Origin: Patescibacteria group bacterium
GTDB taxonomy: Bacteria; Patescibacteriota; Minisyncoccia; JACQLN01
Direction of reading: 5' to 3'
Length of the DNA: 64,000 nt
Assembly (NCBI GenBank): GCA_038065095.1
Contig: JBBTRR010000006.1
Location: 20,713 to 84,712 of the forward strand
A program made the position numbers and the translations under genes. Below are positions 38,818 through 48,594 of the stretch, piece after piece; within the stretch, counting starts at the first letter, position 1; the number at the start of each line of letters is the position of its first letter. The notes beneath the pieces were generated by a model. That model was not told the DNA's origin and searched no databases. It was given only the letters and a program-made list of their open reading frames with translations.

Positions 38818-39083
38818 ACCCCTAAGGTAGCCAGTTTTTTGCCAGTTTTTTTAACAAAACCTAACCTTATCAATTCTTCTTCGGCTACGCATTCAATACA
38901 AAGCTCAATCGCCTCTTTGACCATTTCCTTGGCTTGTTTAATATTTTTGCCCCAAGTTACAACTCCTTTTAATCCCGGAGCTGTTACCATATATCCCTTT
39001 TCATCTTTTTCTAAAACTATTCGATGCTCTCCATATTTGGTTTTAACAACATCTTGTTTTTTCATGCTAAAAATATAACCCAA
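38814..39083 (-). CDS. hicB: HicB antitoxin
   Basis: YMVTAPGLKGVVTWGKNIKQAKEMVKEAIELCIE HicB N-domain. Overlaps hicA by 4 nt. Confidence 0.7.
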   Translation of the reverse strand: MGYIFSMKKQDVVKTKYGEHRIVLEKDEKGYMVTAPGLKGVVTWGKNIKQAKEMVKEAIELCIECVAEEELIRLGFVKKTGKKLATLGV

Positions 39084-39088
39084 AACTA

Positions 39089-40021
39089 TTAAACTTTCAA
39101 CCCTTGCAAAGCCTTTATACGTTCTTCGATTGGGGGGTGTGTAGAGAATAATTTAGCCAACCAAGGCGTTTTTTGTTTGTGATCCGGAATGCCATCGCCA
39201 TCTGCATCCGCACCAAATGGGTTTTCGAAAAACAAATGTGCGGTGGCATTGGTAGCGGTACGAATTGGCTGATGATCGTATTGGGAAATTTTCCTTAAAG
39301 CCAAAACCAAACCTTCGGGGTAACGGGTTAATAAGACCGCAGAAGCGTCAGCCAAAAATTCGCGCTTTCTTGAAATAGCTAAATGTATTAATGTGGCAAA
39401 AATTGGCGCTAAAATAGAAAGTAAAATTCCGACTATAATCATAACCCCATTTCCCCCTCTATTTTCACCATCTCTATTGTGCCCACCAAACCAAAGCGAA
39501 CGCATAAACATATCGGCTAGTATTGAAACAAAACCAACCAACACCACCGCAACCGTAGAAACCAACATATCGCGGTTACCAATATGCGAAAGTTCGTGAG
39601 CTAAAACTCCTTCAATTTCTGATCTATCTAACTTATTTAATAAACCCGATGTAACTGCCACAACAGCATGTTCCGGATTTCTACCAGTAGCAAAGGCGTT
39701 TGGAGCAGGATCTTCTATAACAAAAAACCTTGGCATGGGCAAACCTGCGGTTATGGTTAAATTTTCTAAAATTCTAAAAAGTTCTGGGTTTGATTTTAAT
39801 TCAACTGGTTTGGCTTTGTGCATAGCCAAAACAATTTTGTCGGAAAACCAATAGCTTATAAAATTCATACCGATACTAAAAATAACAGCTATGTAGAGAA
39901 TGCTTGGATTTTGGTAATATTGACTAACTACAAAACCAATTCCAATAACCGCGCCAAAAAACACAGCCATCAAAAGCCATGTTTTTCGGATATTAGAAGA
40001 TTGATTCGAATATATTGTCAT
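39089..40021 (-). CDS. htpX: M48 protease HtpX
   Basis: HELSHIGNRD (HExxH). Four TM helices. Paired with lemA. Confidence 0.88.
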   Translation of the reverse strand: MTIYSNQSSNIRKTWLLMAVFFGAVIGIGFVVSQYYQNPSILYIAVIFSIGMNFISYWFSDKIVLAMHKAKPVELKSNPELFRILENLTITAGLPMPRFFVIEDPAPNAFATGRNPEHAVVAVTSGLLNKLDRSEIEGVLAHELSHIGNRDMLVSTVAVVLVGFVSILADMFMRSLWFGGHNRDGENRGGNGVMIIVGILLSILAPIFATLIHLAISRKREFLADASAVLLTRYPEGLVLALRKISQYDHQPIRTATNATAHLFFENPFGADADGDGIPDHKQKTPWLAKLFSTHPPIEERIKALQGLKV

Positions 40022-40029
40022 CTAATATT

Positions 40030-40602
40030 TTAGAACTTTACCGCTACTGGTTCTTGCGCCGGAGAATTATCGTCCAGATCAAAAAATTCTTTCTTTTTAA
40101 AACCAAACATTCCGGCAATTAGATTAGACGGAAAAGAATCTACTGCGACATTAAGATCGCGCACGTTGCCGTTATAGAATCTACGGGCGGCTTGAATTTT
40201 ATTTTCAGTGTCAGCCAGTTCGCGTTGCAAATCCAAAAAGTTGGCGTTGGCTTTAAGATCGGGATAATTTTCGGCCACGGCAAAAAGAGTTTTCAAAGTA
40301 TCGGTGAGCATATTCTCTTTGGCCGCCTTTTCGTGAGCGCCAGTCGCGTTTGACGCGACGCCCATGGCTTGAGTTCGGGCTTTGGTCACATTTTCTAGAA
40401 CGCTTCGCTCATGACTCATATAGCCTTTTACGGCTTCTATTACGTTCGGAATTAAATCGTAACGGCGTTTTAACTGCACCTCGATATCGGAAAAAGCTTC
40501 CTCTATTCTGGTTCGCAAAGTTACTAACCTATTAAAGGCATAAATAATCCAAAGAATTATTACTCCGCCCACGCCAATTAGAATCCAAGATATTAATGTC
40601 AT
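40030..40602 (-). CDS. lemA: LemA family protein
   Basis: N-terminal TM and LemA core NRLVTLRTRIEEAFSDIEVQLKRRYDLIPN. Confidence 0.85.
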   Translation of the reverse strand: MTLISWILIGVGGVIILWIIYAFNRLVTLRTRIEEAFSDIEVQLKRRYDLIPNVIEAVKGYMSHERSVLENVTKARTQAMGVASNATGAHEKAAKENMLTDTLKTLFAVAENYPDLKANANFLDLQRELADTENKIQAARRFYNGNVRDLNVAVDSFPSNLIAGMFGFKKKEFFDLDDNSPAQEPVAVKF

Positions 40603-40719
40603 GTTTTTATTATATCACCAAGTTAATAATTTTCAAATTCCAATTTACAATCAATTATCAATAATTCAATTTTCAAAAAAAGACTTTAATAATTGTTTGA
40701 TTGAGAATTGTAAATTTCT

Positions 40720-42363
40720 TTAGTAATCTTCCATCCCTCCTTGTGGCATCGCCGGCATTTCTTTCTTTTCTGGAATTTCGGTTATAGCCGCGCCAACTGT
40801 TAAATAATTAGCCGCCACCGAAACCGCATTTACAAAAGCAGTCTTGGTAACTTTTAACGGATCCATAATGCCATAATCTTTTAAGTTTTCTACTTTATTA
40901 GTTACCGCATTAAAACCAATCCAATTAGAATTTGGTTTAGACTTAGCTTGCATCAATTCACCAATAACTTCTTCAACAGATTCACCGCTGTTTTCAATAA
41001 TAGCTTTTACAGGCGACCTTAAAGCTTCAAACATTATTTTTGCGGCCGCCTTTACTATTGGTTGTTCATTTTTACTTTTGACATTTTTGCTTAAAACAAT
41101 ATTAAACAAAGCCATACCACCACCAGGCACAATACCTTCTTCCATAGCCGCTTTAGTAGCCGCCACTGCGTCTTCCACGCGCTGTTTTAATTCTTTTTGA
41201 GCCGATTCTGTTGGCGCACCAACTTTAATAATAGCTACACCACCCGAAAGTTTACCCGATCTTTCTTCTAATTTATCCTTATCAAAATCGGAAGTACTCT
41301 TTTCTATTTGAGTTTTTATTTGTTTAATTCTTTTTTCTATTTCTATTTTTTTACCAGCACCACCAATAATGGTTGTGCTTTCTTTAGTACAAATAACTTT
41401 TTTAGCTTGCCCTAAAACATTTATTTCTATGGCGTCTAAACGTAAACCTTTTTCTTCGGTAATAACTTCGGCGCCAGTTAAAATAGCTAAATCTTCCAAC
41501 ATATCTTTTCGTCTATCGCCAAAACCCGGAGCCTTAATGGCTAGAGCATTAAACGTGCCACGAATTTTATTTACAATTAATGTAGCCAAAGATTCACCTT
41601 CTACGTCTTCGGCAATAATTACTAAATTCTTTTTACCGGCTTTCGCTAATTTTTCTAAAAATGGCAAAAAATCGGTTAAGGTAGATATTTTTTTGTCGGT
41701 AATAAGTATTAACGGATTTTCATAAACCGCTTCCATTTTTTCGGCATTGGTTACCATATAGTGCGAAATGTAACCACGATCAAACTGCATACCTTCTACC
41801 ACTTCGTATGAACTGCCGACAGTGTTAGCGTCTTCCACCGAAATTACCCCGTCTTTACCAACTTCATCTACAACTTCGGCAATTAACTTGCCAATGTTTA
41901 CATCTTTGGCAGAAAGCGTGGCTACTTCCTGAATTTTTTTATTATCGTCTATAAGTTCGCGCTGGCTTTCTAATGTTTTTATAATTATATTAGAAGCTTC
42001 TTTAAGTTCGTTAGCCAATTGAATAACATTAAAACCACCTTTCTTTATAGATTCTTCGCCAGCCCTAATCATAGCTTGAGCCAAAACCACCGAAGTGGTT
42101 GTACCATCGCCTACATTTGTATTAGTTTTATCAGCCGCCTGTTTTACAAATTCCGCGCCCAAGTTTTCGTATTTATCAGCCAGTTCAATTTCTTTAGCTA
42201 CCGTTACACCATCAAAAGTAACTTGCGGTGCACCATAACTTTTTTCTATAACCACCGCTCGGCCTCGTGGCCCGAGTGTCATTTTTACAGCTTCGGCTAA
42301 TTTATCTATTCCCCGCCTCATAGCTGTTCTTGCGTTTTCATTAAATAATATTTGTTTTGCCAT
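40720..42363 (-). CDS. groEL: chaperonin GroEL
   Basis: AKQILFNENAR...TLGPRGR... and C-terminal GGM tail. Confidence 0.97.
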   Translation of the reverse strand: MAKQILFNENARTAMRRGIDKLAEAVKMTLGPRGRAVVIEKSYGAPQVTFDGVTVAKEIELADKYENLGAEFVKQAADKTNTNVGDGTTTSVVLAQAMIRAGEESIKKGGFNVIQLANELKEASNIIIKTLESQRELIDDNKKIQEVATLSAKDVNIGKLIAEVVDEVGKDGVISVEDANTVGSSYEVVEGMQFDRGYISHYMVTNAEKMEAVYENPLILITDKKISTLTDFLPFLEKLAKAGKKNLVIIAEDVEGESLATLIVNKIRGTFNALAIKAPGFGDRRKDMLEDLAILTGAEVITEEKGLRLDAIEINVLGQAKKVICTKESTTIIGGAGKKIEIEKRIKQIKTQIEKSTSDFDKDKLEERSGKLSGGVAIIKVGAPTESAQKELKQRVEDAVAATKAAMEEGIVPGGGMALFNIVLSKNVKSKNEQPIVKAAAKIMFEALRSPVKAIIENSGESVEEVIGELMQAKSKPNSNWIGFNAVTNKVENLKDYGIMDPLKVTKTAFVNAVSVAANYLTVGAAITEIPEKKEMPAMPQGGMEDY

Positions 42364-42454
42364 ATTTGTCTAAATTTAATTTATTAAATTTAGCTACAAA
42401 TATGTGTCCTGCGAAGCTTTAGCGAAGTAGGACCATATCTGTAACTGATTTTAT

Positions 42455-42745
42455 TTATTCGAGCACAGCGAGAATATCTTCTTCTCGTGCTATTAAATAA
42501 GTCTTACCGTCAACCTTTATTTCTTGTGGACCATATTTTGTAAATAAAACCACATCACCTTTTTTAACTGTCATCTTTACAATTTCTCCATCGTCTATTT
42601 TTCCTGGGCCAACTTCCAAAATTTTGCCTTGTTCTGGTCGTTCTTTATCTATAGTATCGGGTAGATAAATTCCCGATTTTGTTTTTTCTTCTTTGGACAT
42701 AGGCTCTATCAAAACCCTGTCGGCTAATGGTTTAATCTTCATCAT
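42455..42745 (-). CDS. groES: co-chaperonin GroES
   Basis: IKPLADRVLIE...ILAVLE. 96 aa. Confidence 0.95.
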   Translation of the reverse strand: MMKIKPLADRVLIEPMSKEEKTKSGIYLPDTIDKERPEQGKILEVGPGKIDDGEIVKMTVKKGDVVLFTKYGPQEIKVDGKTYLIAREEDILAVLE

Positions 42746-42939
42746 GATATGTTTAGAATTTAGAAAGTAGATTTTTAGAGTGTAGATTTAAAACCACTTT
42801 CTACCTTCTACATTCTACTGTCTAATATTGTTTTTATCACTCTTCTATTACGATTGATAATGTAACAAATGTTAAAACTGGAGTCAAGCCAGATTGGTTT
42901 TATATAGAGTAACCCTTCGACTCGAAGACTCGCTCAGGA

Positions 42940-42970
42940 TATTTGTTCAACACTTAGTGTTGAACAAATA
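42940..42970. promoter_or_regulatory. perfect 14-bp-arm palindrome about 195 nt upstream of groES
   Basis: tatttgttcaacac-tta-gtgttgaacaaata. Confidence 0.45.
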
Positions 42971-43001
42971 AAAAGTCGCTCCGATAATACATCGGAGCGA
43001 C
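42971..43001 (-). terminator. intrinsic terminator (minus sense) ending the structured GC-rich block
   Basis: Minus sense reads gtcgctccgat-gtatt-atcggagcgac then TTTTTATTTG. Confidence 0.7.
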
Positions 43002-43590
43002 TGGTGCGAAAGACTTCCCTCTGCACGTGACCATATCAACCATCTTTCCCTAGAAAGGAGGTTTATACGGCACTCGTAGAAGTCTCTCGACTTTATACTA
43101 CTGGGAAGATCATGAGGAATACTCACGTTCACCTGTCGAAGGTTCATGAGTAGTTCAGAGACCTTCCCAGCAAAATAATAAAGAACTGAATCCTCTGCTT
43201 AAAAAACAAAGGATTAATTTCGGGCTGGATGCCTAACGGTCGCACCCAGCCTTTCAGCCAAACAGGTATCAGACCACATCCAACTCACGAGGCATCGTGG
43301 GGAGGTAGAGTATTTCAGTCAGACTAGTCCGACGTAGGTCCTGTTTAGCTTACAATGGCGAGGTTCTAGGGAGGGTAGTCCCCCGCCAAAAACCAAACCA
43401 ATATACCATATTTATAGAACACTCTCATTATACATATATACAAAAAGGTGTCAACCCCGTTAGAGACAGAGGGTCGCTACGAGCCCTCGCGGTCTCTAAC
43501 GGGGTCAAGCCCATCTTAAGAACTAATTCCCAGAAGGACTGCCCTTCATAGGAAGGGCAGTCCTTCTGGTTGGGTTCCTACTACCTATGG
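43002..43590 (-). ncRNA. candidate large structured non-coding RNA (identity unknown) or non-coding foreign remnant
   Basis: About 50% GC against an AT-rich background. No ORF of 60 aa or more on the plus strand. Perfect 18-bp hairpin (43530-43569), 14-bp stem with nested hairpin (43454-43505), further helices. Bounded by terminators on the minus strand. Confidence 0.4.
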
Positions 43591-43625
43591 AATTAAAAAT
43601 CCGCTCCGACTTTTTGTCGGAGCGG
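43591..43625 (-). terminator. intrinsic terminator (minus sense) for the upstream GT-B-like gene
   Basis: Minus sense reads ccgctccgac-aaaaa-gtcggagcgg then ATTTTTAATT. Shares the cgctccga core with the 42971 terminator. Confidence 0.7.
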
Positions 43626-43631
43626 AAATAC

Positions 43632-44729
43632 TCACATTACCTTTTCCAAAAACTCAATAATCTTTCTTTCCGTATGCCAATCATCTGGCAGAGGAAAAGC
43701 TTTCTCCTGCTGGCGACAGCACCTATCTTGACCTGCCGAAGTTAATAGGAATTGGATAGCATCAGCTAGTTGATCACGACTACTGGCTTTGACAGCCCCA
43801 CCAAGTTCAGCAACAAACCAAGTTTCACCACCTGTTTGAATCTTCACACGAGCCCGAACACCTTCGTCGTTAAGGTAAATACCCGGCACACGGGCATAAG
43901 CACCAGCAATGGAAATATTCGTACCACTGGCGTAAATCATTACATCAGCCGAGCCCGCAATCCGCGCACCTTTCCAAATCTTTGTATCGTTTGTATTAGC
44001 AACCCAGATATCTTCCAATATTTTAGAACGTTCAACGAAGAGTTGAGTGAAACGCTCTTCATCACCGGGTTTATTGGGATCAGGCCTTTCGCCGGGGTGT
44101 TTGCCGACCACTAGCACGATACCCCTTGCATCCATACCAGCGAGAGCTTCCTTGACCACTTTGATGATGCGGTTGTTTTCCTCGGGCTCTTTGCCTAAAA
44201 TCAAGCCGACAGACCGGTCATTCTTGCTCAAACCGATTTCTGTGCTGACTCCAGAGATCTCCACTAATTTCTTCCGCCGTGGCCAGTTTTCGGCCTTGGC
44301 TTGCATCAGCGACTCATATTCTAACCTCCATTGCGGTGGTGGACCAAGATACACAGTCCCATCATATCCAAATTCTTTTGCGGCTTCAGATCCAGAAGGA
44401 TGAGCTAGAAAAACCAACTTGGCCCGATAAGCCCAATAATCCTTGGCCTTGGGTCGGAGACAAGCGCCGGGTACATCTTCAAACACAAACCATGGTGTTT
44501 GAAATTTGAGACAAAAATCCGCAAACTCCAACTCCTGTTCCGTTTCAAAACTGGAAAGGCCAGTAACCATAGCATCCAAATCTATTAGTTCTTGTCCTCT
44601 CTCTTTGGCCAAACCACGAACCTGTTTGGGGAATAGGGTCACTTCGTGACCCCTAGTTTCAGCCTCTTTGGCAAGCAACGCCATAGCATCGCCTCCAGCA
44701 TTATCAAAGCAGAAAAATCCGATCTTCAT
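43632..44729 (-). CDS. GT-B fold glycosyltransferase-like protein, anomalously GC-rich
   Basis: MKIGFFCFDNAGGDAMALLAKEAETRGHEV resembles the GT-B N-terminal glycine-rich loop. C-terminal ASGTN...RVPGIYL. R/G/A-rich composition unlike neighbours. Confidence 0.45.
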   Translation of the reverse strand: MKIGFFCFDNAGGDAMALLAKEAETRGHEVTLFPKQVRGLAKERGQELIDLDAMVTGLSSFETEQELEFADFCLKFQTPWFVFEDVPGACLRPKAKDYWAYRAKLVFLAHPSGSEAAKEFGYDGTVYLGPPPQWRLEYESLMQAKAENWPRRKKLVEISGVSTEIGLSKNDRSVGLILGKEPEENNRIIKVVKEALAGMDARGIVLVVGKHPGERPDPNKPGDEERFTQLFVERSKILEDIWVANTNDTKIWKGARIAGSADVMIYASGTNISIAGAYARVPGIYLNDEGVRARVKIQTGGETWFVAELGGAVKASSRDQLADAIQFLLTSAGQDRCCRQQEKAFPLPDDWHTERKIIEFLEKVM

Positions 44730-44904
44730 ATTGTGCCTCCATATAAGGGGTTTTTGGAAAATTAGTAAAAAAAGAACATGTAGAATATATCAGGTATTTA
44801 CCAATATTGTCAAACGTAACGATAAACCACGATCGTGTACTATTGTTACGTTTTATTTATTAACTTTTAATCAAGTCACCAAAGTTTAATTTTGATTTTG
44901 ATAA

Positions 44905-47847
44905 TTACTTTTTTAAAAACTTTCCCGTATAACTATTTTTAGCTTTTATAATTTCCCCAAGTGTTCCAGTAGCCACAACCTTGCCTCCACCGTTTCCACC
45001 TTCAGGGCCAAGGTCGATTATATGGTGAGCAGTTCGAATTACATCTAAGTTATGTTCAATTACCAAAACTGTATTCTTTTTCTCTACCAACAAATGCAAA
45101 ACTTTTAATAATTTATTTATATCTTCAAAATGCAAACCGGTGGTAGGTTCATCTAAAATATATAAAGTTTTTCCGGTATCTCGACGCGATAATTCTGTAG
45201 CCAGTTTAATACGTTGCGCTTCACCACCAGAAAGTGTTGTAGCCGGCTGGCCTAATTCCATATAACCTAAACCAACTTCTAACAGTGTTCCAATTTTTTG
45301 CTTTAAGGCTGGAATATTTTTGAAAAATTCAAAAGCATCTTCCACTGGCATTTTTAAAACCTGCGCAATACTTTTACCTTTGTATTCCACTTCCAAAGCT
45401 TCTTTGTTATAGCGCGTGCCGTGGCATTCTTCACATTCCACATAAACATCGGGCAAAAAGTGCATTTCTATTTTTTTAACACCCTGCCCTTCACAAACTT
45501 CACATCTGCCACCTTTTACATTAAAACTAAACCTGCCTGGTCCAAACCCGCGAATTTTTGCTTCACGAGTCGCGGCGTATAAATCTCTAATCACCCCAAA
45601 CATTCCTGTGTAGGTGGCTGGATTAGAACGCGGTGTTCTACCAATAGGGCTTTGATCTACCACTACCACTTTATCTAAATTTTCCCAACCAACAATTGAT
45701 TCAAATTTTCCTGGAGAATCTTTGGCACCATAAAATTTTTGTAATAAAAATTTAGCTAAAATATCGTTTACCAAACTAGATTTACCTGAACCTGAAACTC
45801 CGGTAACCGCCACAAATTTTGAAAGAGGAATACTAACCGTAATATTTTTTAAATTGTTTTCCCCCGCTCCTTTAATAACAATAGAGGGTAGATTTTTATC
45901 TTCTACTTTCAACTTTCCACCTTCTACTTTCTTTTTTCCGGACAGATACTCTCCAGTAATAGAATTAGACTTTTTAAGTTGCGCCGGCGTTCCTTCAAAA
46001 ACAATTTTGCCCCCGTGCTTGCCTGCTCCTGGGCCAACATCTATTAACCAATCAGCATTTTCCATAGTTTGTTCATCGTGTTCAACCACCACAACCGTAT
46101 TGCCAATATCACGAAGATGCTTAAGAGTTGAAATCAATCTATTTTGATCGCGCTGGTGCAAACCAATAGAAGGCTCATCCAAAATATACAGAACTCCGGT
46201 CAAGCCAGAACCTATCTGCGTAGCTAAACGAATTCTCTGGGCTTCGCCACCAGAAAGCGTAGCCGAAGACCGAGCCAGTGTTAAGTAATCTAAACCGACA
46301 TTTAGCAAAAATTCTAAACGATTTAAAATTTCTTTAATAATTGGTCCAGCAATCTTCATTTCGAAATCACTTAATGTCAGCTTTTTAGGCGATCGCCTAA
46401 AAAGCTGACTATTGTCTTGCCAATCAATGCCCTTCCTTTGTCCAACAATCTGAATAAAAAATTTCTGACACTCGTAAATAGAAAGACTAACTACATCCTG
46501 GATATTTATATTCAAAAATTTAACCGAGAGTACTTCTGGCTTTAATCTAGCTCCCTTACAAACCGGGCAAACTTTGTCTATCATATAACGCTCTATTTCG
46601 GCTCGTGTAAATTCTGATTCAGTTTCGTGATAGCGCCTAAGTAAGTTTGGTATAACTCCTTCAAAATCGCCATCTCTATCTTTATCGCCATATAAAATAA
46701 TATCTATAAATTTTTGTGGTAGATCTTTTACTGGCACCGAAACAGAAAAACCATATTTTGAAGAAATCTCTTCCACAATACTCCAATACCAACCTTGATA
46801 GCCAACACGGTAAGAAGCCGAAGCCCAAGGTTTAATGGCACCTTCCGCTAGAGTTATATTCTTACTTGGAAAAACTAAATCTGGATCAATCTCTTTTGTT
46901 ATTCCTAAACCCGTACAATGTGGACAAGCTCCGTGAGGACTATTGAAAGAAAAACTTCTGGGTTCAACATTTGGAAAATTTATACCGCAATAAGCACAAG
47001 ACATAGCTTCGGAAAAAAGTTCATCCTCACTTTTCCCTTTCATCCCCTTTACCCCATTAGCCCCGTTTGACTTAGAAATAATCATCAAACCATCACCAAG
47101 TTTTAAAGCCTGCTCTATAGATTCTGCAATACGTGCTCTAAGATCGGGATCATTTTCTATTTCTACCCTATCTATAACAGCTTCTATAGAATGACGTTTA
47201 TACTTTTCTAAATTTAGTTTTAAAGCCTCTTCTACTTTTAAAATTTCGCCGTTGACTCTGACGCGAGCATATCCAGAATTTGATAGCTTTGTAATAACTG
47301 CCTTGTGTTCGCCTTTTTGATCGCGAATAATTGGCGCCAAAATTACCAAAGCCGTCCCCTTTTTAAATTTTAGAATTTTATCTGTAATTTGTGTTGGGCT
47401 TTGGCGCGAAACAATGCGATCACATTTTGGACAATGCGGTACACCTACACGTGCAAACAATAAACGCAAATAATCATAAATTTCGGTGATAGTACCAACT
47501 GTAGAACGTGGATTTTTTGATACACTTTTTTGGTCAATTGATATTGCTGGCGACAGACCATCTATACTGTCTACATCCGGCTTATCCATAATACCTAAAA
47601 ATTGTCTGGCGTAAGCCGACAAACTTTCTACATACCGCCTTTGACCTTCGGCATATAAAGTATCAAAAGCGAGTGAAGACTTTCCCGAACCCGAAAGACC
47701 GGTTATAACCACCAGCTTGTTTTTGGGAATATCTAAGCTAACGTTTTTGAGATTGTGAACCCTAGCACCGCGTACTTTTATAAATTCCACCTGCCCCGTG
47801 GAGCGCAAGCTCTTTACGGGGCGAATTTTGATGTAGTTTTGCTCCAT
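44905..47847 (-). CDS. uvrA: excinuclease ABC subunit A
   Basis: Two ABC cassettes ([14 protein letters not shown] and [14 protein letters not shown]), zinc fingers CPKC/CxxC. Start taken at MEQNY. Confidence 0.95.
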   Translation of the reverse strand: MEQNYIKIRPVKSLRSTGQVEFIKVRGARVHNLKNVSLDIPKNKLVVITGLSGSGKSSLAFDTLYAEGQRRYVESLSAYARQFLGIMDKPDVDSIDGLSPAISIDQKSVSKNPRSTVGTITEIYDYLRLLFARVGVPHCPKCDRIVSRQSPTQITDKILKFKKGTALVILAPIIRDQKGEHKAVITKLSNSGYARVRVNGEILKVEEALKLNLEKYKRHSIEAVIDRVEIENDPDLRARIAESIEQALKLGDGLMIISKSNGANGVKGMKGKSEDELFSEAMSCAYCGINFPNVEPRSFSFNSPHGACPHCTGLGITKEIDPDLVFPSKNITLAEGAIKPWASASYRVGYQGWYWSIVEEISSKYGFSVSVPVKDLPQKFIDIILYGDKDRDGDFEGVIPNLLRRYHETESEFTRAEIERYMIDKVCPVCKGARLKPEVLSVKFLNINIQDVVSLSIYECQKFFIQIVGQRKGIDWQDNSQLFRRSPKKLTLSDFEMKIAGPIIKEILNRLEFLLNVGLDYLTLARSSATLSGGEAQRIRLATQIGSGLTGVLYILDEPSIGLHQRDQNRLISTLKHLRDIGNTVVVVEHDEQTMENADWLIDVGPGAGKHGGKIVFEGTPAQLKKSNSITGEYLSGKKKVEGGKLKVEDKNLPSIVIKGAGENNLKNITVSIPLSKFVAVTGVSGSGKSSLVNDILAKFLLQKFYGAKDSPGKFESIVGWENLDKVVVVDQSPIGRTPRSNPATYTGMFGVIRDLYAATREAKIRGFGPGRFSFNVKGGRCEVCEGQGVKKIEMHFLPDVYVECEECHGTRYNKEALEVEYKGKSIAQVLKMPVEDAFEFFKNIPALKQKIGTLLEVGLGYMELGQPATTLSGGEAQRIKLATELSRRDTGKTLYILDEPTTGLHFEDINKLLKVLHLLVEKKNTVLVIEHNLDVIRTAHHIIDLGPEGGNGGGKVVATGTLGEIIKAKNSYTGKFLKK

Positions 47848-47930
47848 ATATAAACAGTGGATTATACACCAAATCAATGTGAAAATCCAGCCTTTGACAC
47901 GAACGCCTTAGGGTTTATAATGGAAGTATT

Positions 47931-48179
47931 ATGCTAGCCAAAAAAACTACAATTGATGACCTAGCCAGAATGGTAGCTCGCGGGTTTAATAATGTTGAAA
48001 GTAAAATGGCTACCAAAGAACAACTTGAGAATGTTGAAAAACGTCTTGATGTAAGATTAACCAATGTAGAAAATAAATTAGATAATATAGAAAAAATAAT
48101 TCTTAAACAGCAAGGTGAGCATATTAAAAATCTCGATAAAAGAATAACTCATCTAGAAGAAATGTTCGCGGTAAAATAG
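47931..48179 (+). CDS. small coiled-coil protein
   Basis: 82 aa, heptad-like. Followed by two tandem terminators. Confidence 0.4.
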   Translation: MLAKKTTIDDLARMVARGFNNVESKMATKEQLENVEKRLDVRLTNVENKLDNIEKIILKQQGEHIKNLDKRITHLEEMFAVK

Positions 48180-48180
48180 A

Positions 48181-48255
48181 TCCAGCACCTTTTTATTTAA
48201 AAAGGTGCTGGATAAAAATTACTCCTCCGACACAAGGTCGGAGGAGTTTTGGTTT
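48181..48255. terminator. two tandem hairpin terminators
   Basis: ccagcacc-ttttt...-ggtgctgg, then ctcctccgac-acaag-gtcggaggag-TTTTGGTTTT. Confidence 0.7.
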
Positions 48256-48263
48256 TAGAGAAA

Positions 48264-48515
48264 TTACTTGATTATTATAGATACAATCAAAAGCACCGAA
48301 CTTACAAGCATGAAAATAAAGCCTCTTCTAGCAACATCTGTTACCTCAATCATATCCCGTGTTGCTAGTGTTATTTGTGCTATGTTTTGCCTAAATCCTG
48401 AAGAACAAAGTGCTTCTAAAAAACCTTTGATTTTACCTAACTGGTCAGAAAGAAGAAAAGCTCCGTACGAGAGGCAGATTATGCCCAAACTGGCTATAGC
48501 TGCTGTTACTCTCAT
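48264..48515 (-). CDS. small membrane protein
   Basis: GGAGGG SD 8 nt upstream on the minus strand. Two TM helices. Preferred over the overlapping plus-strand ORF. Confidence 0.4.
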   Translation of the reverse strand: MRVTAAIASLGIICLSYGAFLLSDQLGKIKGFLEALCSSGFRQNIAQITLATRDMIEVTDVARRGFIFMLVSSVLLIVSIIIK

Positions 48516-48594
48516 CTTCTAATCCCTCCTGTTTGTATTGGTTTAAGAGCTTGCCTTCGCTGAATTATTGCTTTAATATTACCAGATAATAAAA

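Noticed and set aside
42746-42940. CIRCE (TTAGCACTC-N9-GAGTGCTAA) upstream of groES
   Set aside because: Only weak imperfect inverted repeats found (tagagtgtag...ctacattcta). No convincing CIRCE match.
42947-43147. 66-aa minus-strand ORF inside the GC-rich structured block
   Set aside because: No SD and odd composition. In 50% GC non-coding DNA an ORF this size is expected by chance. The region is better explained by RNA hairpins.
43002-43590. Assigning the structured block to tmRNA, RNase P RNA, SRP RNA or 6S RNA
   Set aside because: No tRNA-like T-arm plus CCA end, no P4 (GGAAAGUCCGG / ACAGAACCCGGCUUA) motifs and no SRP domain IV motif recognisable by eye on either strand. Identity left open.
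48268-48522. 84-aa plus-strand ORF
   Set aside because: It overlaps the minus-strand ORF 48264..48515, which has a strong GGAGGG SD and a terminator. Only one is likely real and the minus ORF was chosen.
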